Both the position numbers and the translations under genes were made by a program. A stretch of DNA of 64,000 bases from Eledone cirrhosa (Eukaryota): the NCBI GenBank assembly GCA_964016885.1, contig OZ024742.1:355694001-355758000 (forward strand), in the 5' to 3' direction. A model generated the notes under the pieces. It was not told the DNA's origin. It saw only the letters and a program-made list of their open reading frames with translations, and made no database searches. Of the stretch, positions 1 through 11,952 are shown piece by piece (positions within the stretch are counted from its first letter, which is position 1; each line of letters begins with the position of its first letter).

Positions 1-377
1 TCACATTTTGTGGCACGCTGAATCTCCCTGAGAACTACATTTAGGATACACGTTACTATGGAATAACCAGACACTTGCACGTTATTTTCACGAGAAGGCA
101 GTTCCCTCGATCGTATCGACTGGTACACTCATCATCGTAACCGACTGAATACCAGTTATATACATAAATATTTGTTTAAATCATTGCAAACAATTAAAAT
201 TATCCCAAAGAAATCCTATAAATATATTTGAATTCATTAATAAAATATTGTGTATAATATTCTTATTTGATAATTAATCATATACTATTGTAGATTACTA
301 TTACTAACTGTAACTGCATTGTACATTATCAGATAAAAATACTGCTGTAAAAGGAAAAAAAAGACAAATGTACGTAA

Positions 378-557
378 TAATTGTTTCTACTTTTGGCACA
401 AGGTCAGCAATTAACCAGTACATTACTGGTACTTTATTTTATCGACCCCGTAAGGATGAAAGGCAAAGTTAACCTCGGCGGGATTTGAACTCAGATCATA
501 AAGCTAGGTAACTCTTTGCTGCAAACATGGAGTCCGACCCTCTAACGATACTGTAAT
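378..557 (-). mobile_element. tRNA-derived SINE (Meta-domain-like core), cephalopod type
   Basis: Minus strand has B-box GAGTTCAAATCCC, core GCCTTTCATCCTTACGGGGTCGATAAAATAAAGTACCAG and tail GTGCCAAAAGTAGAAACAATTATT; 5 more copies in the window. Confidence 0.85.
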
Positions 558-637
558 GGGTTCTGATTCAGGCACAAGGCCGACAATTTGGTGGGAGGAG
601 AAAGTTGTGTAAATCAACCCTGTAAGGATGAAAGGCG

Positions 638-1390
638 GCTCCATGCTCTGCCATCCTTCTCCACTTGCGAATCGGCGTTCCCCTGAGGCTCGGCCTCCGG
701 ATCTGCCAGCCACACCAATGTCGCTGCGGTTCCCCCGTGCACTCTTTCGGCTCCACCCGCTTTCCTGTCGCCACAGTGCCGGCCGCATTCCACGCCATAC
801 TGCCCTCAACGAGGTCATTAAGCATGGCTTGGACGCTGCAGGCTTCTCTTCCCCGCTCGAGCCGGTTGGGCTGGATCGAGTGGACGGCAAAAGGCCAGAT
901 GGCGTGACCATCTTCCCGTTCCACGGTGGCAAACGCCTCGTCTGGCATGCCACTTGCGCCGACACTTTCTGCAGCCGCAACCTGGTGCAGTCTGCGACTG
1001 ACCCAGGTTCTTCTGCACGTCGGGCTGAGGAGGGCCAAAATCCTCAAATACAGGTCGCTCTCCGACATGTTTGCGGTCGTTCCCCTGGCAGTGGAAACTT
1101 CTGGTGTACTCGGCCCACCATAGGCGCTGAGCTAGCCAGCCGTAGGTGTGAGCCCCACGAGTTGGAGTGACTTTTCCAGCGCGTGTCCCTTGCCGTCCTC
1201 TGGGGAAACGCCTTCTCCATTCTGTCCGCCGGGGCTGTGGATCGGCCCCATCGCGTACCATTACATTAGTTAAATACCATTATTTCATCTCGTACTGTAA
1301 ACACACATATATATCACTTAAGTTATATTAAATCTATTTGCTCACCATACTGATTAATAGGCAAGGTATAAACTATTGTAAATAAACCTA
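638..1390 (+). mobile_element. 5'-truncated CRE-clade non-LTR retrotransposon (zinc knuckle + restriction-like endonuclease), frameshifted
   Basis: GC-rich island; frames join to LRLGLRICQPHQCRCG..HPLSC..GRIPRH..LNEVI..DGKRPDG..LVWHATCADT..K..KY..PLAVETSG..FQRVSLAV.GNA. Confidence 0.85.
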
Positions 1391-1543
1391 TTTAATACTT
1401 TAAACTAGTATAAACTGTTTATAAAAAGATTGGTAGACAAGTCGTCTTTAGTTAGGTATTACTTCTTCAGTTTCCACACAGTGTTTTCCTCTCTTCTTTT
1501 ATTTAATAATAATATAAATAAAGAAATTAACTTCAAAAAAAAT

Positions 1544-1598
<55 letters not shown>

Positions 1599-1603
<5 letters not shown>

Positions 1604-2502
1604 AAGTGTAATGAATTCTTTTACAGTGGAATTAGCTCAAAAGGAAATATTCCTGAGCCGTGTATAAAAGTAATATATGAGTAAAATATATGATGAAACA
1701 GATACCAACACATCTGTATTTATATTGCAAAAGAAAATTAGCCAGAATGAAGAATATTAATTATTTTACCACAGTTCGTCCACATCGATTTAAAATAATA
1801 AATCGACAAAAACTAGCTGCGCTGCCAAAAGGCTATGATGTTTATACACATTTAAATTTCAAAATCAAACCTGTTCCGTAGATAAGTTTAAACTTTAAAA
1901 TCCAAACATGTTTCGAGATGAATAAGTGTATAAGTGTAGGAATATCATGCCACTGCTTTCCTCAGTAAACATCCAGAGACAATTGATAAGCTTCACTTCT
2001 AAATAATTTAAAAGACTGTGTGACGCACATGGGTTCACAGATTCAAGCTAGTCTCATAACCGTACTGCTAGAAATAACAGTCGTATACATGAGGCGAATT
2101 TCAGCTCAGCCAGGAGCAGTTATATATTATTAAGTGTAATGAATTATTTTACAATGGAATTAGCTCAAAAGGAAATATTCCTGAGCCGTGTATAAAAGTA
2201 ATATATGAGTAAAATATATGATGAAACAGATACCAACACATCTGTATTTATATTGCAAAAGAAAATTAGCCAGAATGAAGAATATTAATTATTTTACCAC
2301 AGTTCGTCCACAACGATTTAAAATAATAAATCGACAAAAACTAGCTGCGCTGCCAAAAGGCTATGATCTTTATACACATTTAAATTTCAAAATCAAACCT
2401 GTTCCGTAGATAAGTTTAAACTTTAAAATCCAAACATGTTTCGAGATGAATAAGTGTATAAGTGTAGGAATATCATGCCACTGCTCTCCTCAGTAAACAT
2501 CC
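1599..2502 (-). mobile_element. 528-bp tandem unit (1.7 copies) with a hammerhead in each copy; retrozyme-like or non-autonomous PLE
   Basis: 1599-1974 repeated at 2127-2502; flanked by (TA)n; minus strand CTGAGGA-(A/G)AG...CTC-GAAA-CATG-TT at 1897-1973 and 2425-2501. Confidence 0.7.
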
Positions 2503-2581
2503 TATATATATATAGGTATGTATATATACATATATAATATTTAAATAATAATCAAATCGTGTTTAATCTTCAAAACATTTA

Positions 2582-2632
2582 ATAACTAACGACCGTTTCA
2601 TGCTAGCACAAGGTAGATGTCTTCAGAGTTAT
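2582..2632 (-). ncRNA. Minimal type I hammerhead ribozyme
   Basis: ATAACT CTGAAGA [imperfect helix II] GAAA CGGTCG TT AGTTAT; perfect 6-bp helix I. Confidence 0.7.
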
Positions 2633-3286
2633 TTGAAGAGTTAAATACTAATATGTGATCAATTATACTTGATATATTACATTGAGCTATATTCATACAT
2701 GAAACTGAGTAATTGAAACTCACCATATTTATATATATGTGTGTGTATGTATGTGTGTGTATGTGTGTGGGTTTGTGTGTGTATGTGCGTGTTTGTGTGT
2801 ATGTGTGTGTATGTGTAACTATGTGTGTGTGTTTGTGGGTGTGTGTATGTCTGGGTGTGTGTGCTTGTTTGTGTTCGTGTGTGTGTGTAGGTTGCATATG
2901 AAGGAATGAGGATAACACTGTGAAATCGCGTATGCATCAATCTTAAATCTTTTTATTAATAACTCTCTTGTTTCGTTTCAGGTAAAGTAATATGTAACTA
3001 TTCAAATAACACTTCAAATGTAACTAGTAGTGAATTCTCTTTAAAAAAGACAGACATTTTTACCATTTTCTCCAGTACAATTTTTCGACTTTACATATTT
3101 ATCCTTAGAATCTGCTGTATAGATTTCACTTTCAACGCCTGACTGGCTGTCTTCACTCCCTCTTTGTTTTACCGGCAAGTTCAGCCACCCCTACCTCCCA
3201 CCAAACGCCATGATATATTTATTCGTCTTTATAACAAATGTTAAACAATCCCCTTGACAATTACTATCTTCCCATATAAGGAAGTA

Positions 3287-3380
3287 CTCCTTGATAAGTT
3301 TGGCTATTTGTTTACCAGGCTAAAAATTCTTGCTTAGTCCAGAAATAGCCGTCGAAACGGCTTGAGCTCTGCCGTGGGGG
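3287..3380 (+). ncRNA. Hammerhead-like motif with U3-A8 core and long helix II (cleavage triplet mutated to GTG)
   Basis: CTCC TTGATAA G.TTGGCTATTT...AAATAGCCG.TC GAAA CGGC-TTGAGCTCT-GCCG TG GGGG; relative at 35975-36068. Confidence 0.6.
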
Positions 3381-3474
3381 ATAAACTTGTTCTTATTACC
3401 CAGTCTACTACACTAACTATTGAGTACTTTGGTGCATTATGGTCCATATGGTTCCTTACCACAATTCCTTCGTA

Positions 3475-3555
<81 letters not shown>

Positions 3556-5319
3556 TGTGTGTATAAGAGATATGTATAAGAGATATTTATCAGAAAAATG
3601 TATTAGATATCATACCACAACTTAAAGAAAAATCACATCTAAAACTATGGAACGGTACTAATGAGGTTATAGATTGGTTCAATAACATACAATTTAAACA
3701 TAACAACAAATTCACTCAAATGGATATTGAAATTACTACTCCCCTATTACTCCTAGTTTACTTAATAGGGATCTTATCTACGCATCTAAACATACAGATA
3801 TATCTAGTGAAGAAATGCATATCATTTTAACTTCACGGAAAACTTTAATAGAATTCAACAATCATCTCTGGACAAGAGCCGATAGGAAAAATAATTTTGA
3901 TATCACCATGGGATCATCTGACTTAGCGCAAATAACGGATCTTCTGGGCTTATTTATTAATAATACACTGCATAAAAAATGCCAGAGATGACCGGTGGTT
4001 TATATCGTGATGATATGCTGCTTTTAATTGAAAACCACATTAATTGTTAAATTAATAGGAAAAGAAAATCCATAATACAATTCTTTAATAATTATAACCT
4101 TAAGTTAGAAATACAGAATAACTATAAAATCCTTAACTTTTTAGAGGTAACATTAAACCTTAGCACAGCGTTCTACTATCCATTCTACAAAATCAATGAG
4201 AATCTTAATTACGTAAGTTTTAATTCTAATCATCCTAGATCTATTAAGAACACTATCGGAAATATTGTCCAGTAACGAATTTCCCACATCTCTGCTAATA
4301 AAAATATTTTTGAGGAAAAGGCTTAATATTATAATGAAGCTTTAAATAAAGCAGGCTATACGAATAAAATTAAATACCAATGTATTTAATTTTATTCGTA
4401 TAGCCTGCTTTATTTAAAGCTTCATTATAATATTAAGCCTTTTCCTTATTGACAACAATAATAAGGCAAATCACCCTACTATTAATTATAATAAGAATAA
4501 ACAATTTAACTTAAACTCTAAAACAAACAAAATAACTAGAACTGGAAATATTATTTGGTACTCACCCCCATTCTCATTAAGCGTTAAAACACCTTTAGCA
4601 AAGCTATTCTAAAACCACTCAATCTTTAACAGACATACTATAAAACTATCCTACTCTACTACTATGAACATATCACAAAATATAAATAGAATTAATAATA
4701 GAAACTTAAATTTAAACCCTAACCAAAATAACCATAATAGTAATAATAATAATATTTCTAACAATATCCAGTATAATAGTACCGTTCTGAGTAACAACGA
4801 CTCCGTAAAATGTAACTGCAGAATTAGATCAAACAGCCCTTTACAAACTAAGTGTTTAGATAAAAACATAGTTTATAAATGTACAGTTAAAACTAGTGAT
4901 CATATATTCAACTATGTCGGTGCCACTTCTACAGAATTTAAATTTCGCTGGAATAACCACAATTGTTCTTTTAGAAGGTCTGACAAAAAATATTCTACTA
5001 CCCTCTCACATCTTATATGGAATTTAAAAAGCAGGAATATAGACTCTCCATTATCTTGGAAAACGATTTCGAAATCACCTGCTTACCGAAACACGGCCTT
5101 ATCAAGATTCAGTAAATTATGTATTGAAGATTTTTAATTATATAATTAATTGTAAAATCTCTATTAATGTTAGAACAGAAATATTTAGTTGTTGCAAACG
5201 TCGCCAAAATTCTACATTCAGAACTATATGTAAATTATAATATACTTATAATATTCCTATTAATCTCCAAAATGATCTTATCTTCTCTAACATTTTATAT
5301 TTTTAATACTTTAATATAT

Positions 5320-5882
5320 TAATTGCTTCTGCTTTTGGCACAAGGCCAGCAATTAACCAGTGTATTACTGGTACTTTATTTTATCAACCACATATGGATG
5401 AAAGGCAAAGTTTACCTCGGCGGGATTTGAACTCAGAATTACAGGGCCGTAACTCCATGCGTCAAAGCATGGCGTCCGACCCTCATTTCGGAAGAAAGAT
5501 CAGGATGGAGAGAGATGTGCTGTACCCCAGCCATTTTTATGAAATATGGGTGAAAGTGGCGAGAATGGCCTGTGTGAATGGACCTTCACTCTACATCAGA
5601 CTATAGGTGAGGAAGATGAAAGATTAAGGGAGCACCCCCTCTCTGTGCTCCTGAGGAAAAGGGTTGCACACTTTTTTTTTGGGGGGGCGACCCCCCTAGG
5701 CGCCTCCTCCCTATTGAGGATTTGGTTATTAAATTTATTTTGGTTATATTTTATATTTTATTTTTTATAACTTGTTATTGCCTCCTCCTTATTGAGGACG
5801 CCTTTTTATGTAAACTCACCCCCATTGTACCTGTCCCACTTTTTGATGCCCTGGTGGCAAATAAAAAGAAAGATACTGCCAA
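5320..5882 (-). mobile_element. tRNA-derived SINE interrupted by a LINE fragment
   Basis: SINE body 5320-5484; head resumes at 5872 (GATACTGCCAAT); compare intact copy 9718-9912. Confidence 0.8.
5485..5871 (+). mobile_element. 3' end of a Tx1/L1-like LINE
   Basis: FGRKIRMERDVL..HFYEIW.. C-terminal peptide then stop, T-rich UTR, ends CAAATAAAAAGAAA. Confidence 0.6.
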
Positions 5883-7119
5883 TAATATCTCTAAATCATA
5901 ATATCTTTAACATTTCTTATAATATATATATATGTGTGTGTATGTATAGATATTATTTATATATATTTATGTACTTCTACATTATGTACTTCTATATAAT
6001 TCTAATTTTAATTTTAATTTTAATTCTATTAATTCTTTTAAATTCTTTAATTCTTTTTTCTTAATATTTTGTTTTTTTTCTAATGACGCCCTCTAAAGCT
6101 TTATGTTTCTAATCACACCCTCTAAAGCTAATTTTTAAATGTAGATTAATAGCCATTAACTCTTTTTAGTAGAATATATCCTATTCAGGATGGTGTTTAA
6201 TTATTCATATTTCTTTAGAATAAACAATTAATACCACACTAGCGATTAATAAAAAAAATGGAGTTATATTTCCTTCTTTCAATCATACAAACTGTTTATA
6301 CATAACTCCGTTAATTTAACATTATCAATTGTAACTATTTATTTATTTACATAAAATCAACATCCCTAGTAACCTATAAATCAACATCCCTCGTAACTCA
6401 TATTATAAATAAACTATCCTTTAGAAGACACATATGCTATTATTAAAATACATATATAGATATTTATATATTATTATAAGTTAAATAATTCGCCATATAA
6501 ATATAGATAAATGTCTGAATATATTTTCCCTGAATTAACGTTCAAGTGGTCTTCTTTTTCCTTGTTCTTTCTTCTTTAACAATTTTAGGTTGATAATTTA
6601 TATAGCTTCGTTAAATTAACAATATTCTGAATACATTCTCAATGTTGAACATTTTTGAATCCACAAATTATTCTAATCTCACAACTTGAAAATAAAATTG
6701 TCAACATCCTTCGTAACTCACATTTGTATATATAAACAATCAATGCATACGCAAATTGTTAATATACATAGAGATATTTATATACATATAACCTATCCTA
6801 ATGTAATAAGAGAAAAATACTTACAACAATAAATCTTCATATAATCGTATAACTCATGATATAAATAACAAAAATCTTTTCCCCCAAATTAACGTTATTC
6901 TTTTATCTTTCTATTCTTTCCTTATCATAAATTTTCACATTTTCCATAGCGTCTAAAATAACGTTTTTTTCAGCCCTTTAATATACACATCATTTGCATA
7001 ATCATATTAATAATTTTAAATATCTGAATTTTCTCCTCGCTTCTGTTCACTTTCCAGGTATACCTTGAACCATTAGGTATATGATCCTTGGTCATATCAA
7101 ATATTTATAAAATATTTTG

Positions 7120-7185
7120 TATTTTATCTGATGATAGCGTACCAAAATGTTTGGTACTCTTGAAATACGTATATATAATAGAATA
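7120..7185 (+). ncRNA. Type I hammerhead ribozyme in PLE pLTR (family A)
   Basis: TATTTTAT CTGATGA TAGCGTACCAAA..TTTGGTACTCTT GAAA TACGTATATA TA ATAGAATA. Confidence 0.75.
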
Positions 7186-7239
7186 AATATGGTTTCATAA
7201 ATATAGTTTCCATTTATTTAATATCAATTGTATATATGT

Positions 7240-7306
<67 letters not shown>

Positions 7307-7309
<3 letters not shown>

Positions 7310-9646
7310 TAAAATAACAGATTAAAGTTTAAGCAAAGAATCGCTGCTTTCACCCTTAACGGGATCTTCTGAAACTAACAAAGTCAATCTGTAAACGCAG
7401 AAGTGGATATTTCAAAAAACATTGCAACCGGAAGACGATACTTTGGTTCGTGGAATCGTTCTCTATGCAAATAAGTAATGGTATAAACAAAACATATACT
7501 TAGCTCCCACATCGAGACGTAAAATATCCACGTATATATCGTAATATCCGTTAGGGTATAACGTGGGGCTGCAATACAGGAAAGTTTTGTGCAATTTATG
7601 TTTACAAGCCGAAATTGCCTCAGATTTTTGTTTAAGATGTGGTCTGTGGCGTAGAGTATTTCCAGGGTCTCAGCGGCGCAGAGGTCACATGGTCTTTTAT
7701 TTCCGTTATACGATCTAGCCCTAGCCAGGATCTGCCAGTGTAACTTATATTGGGTGTGGTTGTCTTTTATACTCCAGATATAAGCTGAAAGTGACGTCAT
7801 ATTCCTTCTTAGAGGGTAACCAAAAGAATGGGTATGCATGTAAAGACGCTGCTTGAATCTATTGGCGGTTAACCCTATGTAGGCCCAACGGGACGTGGGT
7901 GTTACAACCTTACATTTGTAGAAAATGTTACTAGAGAGGCATTTCCCGGATAGGGGGCAATCAACCCGATTCCTACAATTACAGTTAGTACTAACTACAG
8001 GGTTGCACGTGTTCCTACGGCTAGGTAGTTTAGCTAAATTTGAAGCTGAGATGTTATGTGCAAGGTTAGCTGTCGTAGAGTAAGACATTTTAATAGTCTT
8101 TCTATTAAAGATTTTACTATATTTATGTGTAGGGGGAAAATGCTTCGTAATAAGGGAAAGAAAGATCTTAGCTAATGGTGTGGCGACCTCCATATTATAT
8201 GGTGGGTTATACCAACAAATGCGACGGGATCTTTTTTTTCTAGGTCTATTTTAGTACTCCGTATATGCTACCTTATCGACAAATCCACTTCGATCAAGAG
8301 GTTCATTGTAATAAGTGGAATAGTCGTTGAAAATACGCTCGTTGGTGGAAAGAGGGGGAAAGCCTCAACGAAACGTTTCTTACCAGCTTCTTGGTTATGC
8401 TGGCAGGATGGTTGGAATGCTTACTTATGTAATTAAACGTATCATTCGGCTTTCTATACGGGTAATACAACCCATTCGATAAATTGAGGGTAACGTCGAG
8501 GTAATTAATGACCGAGAGATTGGCGTCAACCTGTATAGAGAGGTTGAAGCCTTTAAAGAAGGCTGTGAGTTCTTTTCTGAACCTGTCGCAAGCACGAGGT
8601 CCGCACTTAGTCATGGTCAAAAGACCATCGTCACGGTACAAACCACCACCCGCGTTGGGGAATTCGTCCTTGATAGAGAAAAGAAGGAAAAGGCCGATAA
8701 GATCAGTAACCTCCGCAGAATCACTGGCGCCCATACTCACGTCGAATGGGGTACTATTGTTTTGTTTTATCCTAATAGAGTCGTCGAAATTAATCACCAA
8801 CTTTCGTGCATTGAGGATGACATCAACTTCGAAATTCTTAACTACTGTGAGTGTTTTAGCGAAATTGATAGCTCTAAGGAGAAGTGGTAAAGGGATGGAG
8901 GAGTAGTAATTGTTGATGTCGAATTGGATAAAACGGCAATGTTCCTTGTTACATCAGCCGTTGAACCAATCAATCACCGCGAAAGAATTGTTCCACAGTG
9001 CTAGAGAGGCCAAACTACTAATTTCAGGTATAATTCTATCTAGAATCGTTTTACTAATTCTGCCTAAATCGGACTTCTTAGGGTTAATAAGCCGAATAGA
9101 GGGGTTGTTCGGAAAATTGGATTTGTGACCCTTTAGGGTAAAGTGGGGAGAGATAGGGTCCATGTGACCTCTGCGCCGCTGAGGCCCTGGAAATACTCTA
9201 CGCCACAGACAAACATTTTAAACAAAAAATCTGAGGCAATTTCGGCTTGTAAACATAAATTACACAAAACTTTCCTGTATTACAGCCCCACCTTATACCC
9301 TAACGGATAGTACGATCTATATGTGGATATTTTACGTCTTGATGTGGGAGCTAGGTATATGTTTTGTTTATACCATTACTTATTTGCATAGCGAACGTTT
9401 CCACGAACCAAAGTATCGTCTTCCTGTCTTCCTCCGGTTGCAACGTTTTGTGAAATATCCACTTCTGCGTTTACAGATTGACTTTGTTAGTTTCAGAAGT
9501 TCCCGTTAAGGGTGAAAGCAGCGATTCTTTGCTTAAACTTTAATCTGTTTTTTTAATAAATATTTGCTCTACGGTTCTTATATATTTGATATATATTTAT
9601 CCTTATCGAGCCCTCTTTGGATTTTAGTCTTCAAATTTATTATTGT

Positions 9647-9650
<4 letters not shown>
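7307..9650 (-). mobile_element. Naiad-type PLE: RT-GIY-YIG pseudogene on minus strand (about 7550-9163) joined to an inverted copy of its 3' end (9163-9563) plus tail
   Basis: TLKGHK.NF.NNPSIRLINP.KSDLGRISK, FDVSMGASDSAEVTDL, GLYRDDG, CNCRNRVDCPL, YIGLT..FKQR..H, CDLC; both ends abut (TA)n. Confidence 0.92.
7326..7376 (-). ncRNA. Hammerhead-like motif with CAGAAGA core in Naiad pLTR (also 9489-9539 + and 63241-63291 +)
   Basis: AGTTT CAGAAGA T-CCC-GTTAA-GGG-T GAAA GCA-GCGATTCTT-TGC TT AAACT; all three helices pair. Confidence 0.65.
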
Positions 9651-9691
<41 letters not shown>

Positions 9692-9717
9692 TACTTGGGG
9701 AGGGTCATATTCTTGTA

Positions 9718-9912
9718 ATAATAATTGTTTCTACATTTGGCACAAGTCCAGCAATTACCCAGTGTATTACTGGTACTTTATTTTATCGACCCCGTAAGGA
9801 TGAAAGGCAAAGTTAATCTCGACGGGATTTGAACTCAGACCGTATAGGGACGTAACAATGCTGGAAAGCATGGCGTCCGACCCTCTACCGATACTGCCAA
9901 TTCACCGCCCTT
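9718..9912 (-). mobile_element. Full-length tRNA-derived SINE
   Basis: Head GGCGGTGAATTGGCAGTATCGG (A-box), GAGTTCAAATCCC (B-box), conserved core and (ATT)n tail. Confidence 0.9.
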
Positions 9913-10060
9913 TTAATAATAATGGCAGAATTAATAACAGAACACACTCACTGTTTGGTTGGTTTTCGCTTCTGTATCTTGTATATCTGCATATTTAATT
10001 TATTTGGCAATTAACGTTTATCGTTGATTGACCAACGGTTAAAAATACAGATATAAATAT

Positions 10061-10735
10061 ATATCATAGATTGAGTTATAAACTCAGAATTATCTTTTAC
10101 AATTAAATATCTCAAACAAGGGAATCTTTCCGAGCCGTGTTTGGCTATATGAGAGGGATGACCCCAGATGTAAGTATACATGTGTTCCAATTGCAAATGA
10201 CCAAGTTAGCTAGGTTGAAAAGATACTTATTTAAAACAATATGGTTTGCCTGACTCGATTTAAAGTAATAAATCAATAAAAATAACAAACCTATATCGGG
10301 CAATAGCCTTCGATAACGGGACAGACAAAAATCTGTTTCGCAAGAATTATTAAGTGAGAAGCAGAATTCCTGTGCTCATCTGCGCGTTCCAGGAAAATTC
10401 GTACCTTTTATATCAAAGGATCTAAGAGGACTGCACCAAGTGCTGATATATACGCAGCGCCTAGCGCGTCTCATTCTCATGCCGTTAAAAATAGCAGCTA
10501 GGTTTATGAGACTAAGGTTAGCTCTACATACGGAGCCGAGAATATCATAGATTGAGTTATAACTCAAAATAGTCTTTTACAATTAAGTATCTCAAAGAAG
10601 GGAATGTTTCCGAGCCCTTCAATATAATTGGATACATGTGTTCCAATTAATATTTTCTCAACTTAGCTAACTTGGTCATTTGCAATTGGAACACATGTAT
10701 GATTATATCTGTCTTCATCCCTCTCAGATATAAAT
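10061..10735 (-). mobile_element. 481-bp tandem unit with partial inverted end; distant relative of the 528-bp unit
   Basis: 10061-10137 repeated at 10542-10616; 10660-10725 inverts about 10150-10215; degenerate CAGATGA-GC...GC-GAAA at 10330-10382. Confidence 0.6.
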
Positions 10736-10754
10736 ATATATATATATATATATA

Positions 10755-10921
10755 ATCTATCAAAGTTCTTTCTTTTCACATCAGAAACATCATCAGTGGT
10801 ACTATTATGTTCCCTCATATTGTATTGTATTGTAATGTAATGTTTACGCCATTTTTATGTTTTATATTTTAGTACCACTGATGATGTTGCAGAGGTGCAA
10901 CGAAAGAACTTTGATAGACTA
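10755..10921 (+). mobile_element. Small fold-back element with hammerhead (10873-10916) in (TA)n
   Basis: TACCA CTGATGA T GTTGCA-GAGG-TGCAAC GAAA GAAC TT TGATA; degenerate mirror arm 10757-10805. Confidence 0.65.
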
Positions 10922-11185
10922 TATATATATACATTTATATCTGTATTTTTAACCGTTGGTCAATCAACGATAAATGATGATTGCCAAATAAATTCACTAT
11001 GGAGATATAAAAGATACATAAGCGAAAACCAACCAAACTATTATTATTTCTGGCAATATTATTACAACAATATGACTCTCCCAAGTATAACAATGTGTTT
11101 CGACACGCGATTTCATATCAAAAACCTTCCAATACAATATATATATATATATATACATATATACATACATATATATATATACATA

Positions 11186-11795
11186 CATGGTGGCTGCCAA
11201 CTCGTTTTCGAGTATGGCCACTATTTTATATCCATTTAGGAGAACTCCTACCGATGCGCTGAACGAGTGTGATTTTTAGTCCAGCCACCGACTTGAAAAC
11301 ACTGGTACAAACACTACACTTGTGACAATTATGGACACATAGTGCTGGGCCCATGGTACCATGTGACGACAAGTGCAGAGAGATCTCCAGATATAAAGGA
11401 ATGCCTGTGCCGTGAAGCTTTTATAGTGAGCAAAGGCACTGCACAAAGCCAGTCCCACTCTCTTAACCGAGATGATATTTACCAAAAAGAAGAACAAGTC
11501 AACATCATTGGATACCATCAAAGTTGCAGGTGTTATATCAGAGTTTTCCTTCTCCTAGAATTCTGCCTTGACAAAGGCTAAGGGCTCATCTCTCCCGGTG
11601 ATTTTGGACGGCCATTGACTCTTAAGAGCTCCTTTGCCCTTTGACACGTTTTGTTTTTAGTCCATCTGGATGTCCAATGTCACCCTCCTCACAAAGAGTC
11701 CTTGGTGGGGTTGCCAGTTTAGTCGCCAACGACCCGACCATGAGACTGGTTGTACTGGGTTACATGGTACCAGTAGCACAAACTGGTGACCTGAC
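11186..11795. mobile_element. Non-coding interspersed repeat, probably RTE-related, flanked by (CATA)n
   Basis: Partial second copy at 40840-40983 (CTCGTT.TCGAGTATGGCCA; AGCCAGTCCCACTCT). Confidence 0.45.
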
Positions 11796-11824
11796 ATACA
11801 TACATGCATACATACATACATACA

Positions 11825-11858
<34 letters not shown>

Positions 11859-11872
11859 CATATATACATATA

Positions 11873-11950
<78 letters not shown>

Positions 11951-11952
<2 letters not shown>

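Larger units (their letters stand above)
3565..7228 (+). mobile_element. Decayed 5'-truncated Naiad-type Penelope-like element (RT + GIY-YIG, about 3590-5225) with long AT-rich 3' UTR and hammerhead-bearing pLTR
   Basis: LWNGTNEVIDWF, FTQMDIENYY, FDITMGSSD, GGLYRDD, CNCR..PL..CL..NIVYKC, YVGAT..FKFRW..H; multiple stops; bounded by microsatellites. Confidence 0.85.
9688..11140. mobile_element. Fold-back non-autonomous element split by nested insertions
   Basis: 9688-9720 plus 9955-10060 are the reverse complement of 10930-11090; tail 11090-11140 resembles that of the 29170-29428 family. Confidence 0.65.

Noticed and set aside
504-1261. Overlapping minus-strand ORFs
   Set aside because: Antisense shadows of the GC-rich CRE fragment
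7384-8193. Selenoprotein Naiad (UGA at conserved Cys plus SECIS), as reported in some invertebrates
   Set aside because: The CxCx5C and CxxC positions I inspected in these copies are Cys codons or ordinary decay, not in-frame TGA
9830-9912. tRNA gene
   Set aside because: A/B boxes belong to a multi-copy SINE head with no complete cloverleaf
11700-11795. HDV-like ribozyme at the end of the RTE-related repeat
   Set aside because: Pairing potential exists but the nested double pseudoknot could not be assigned by eye
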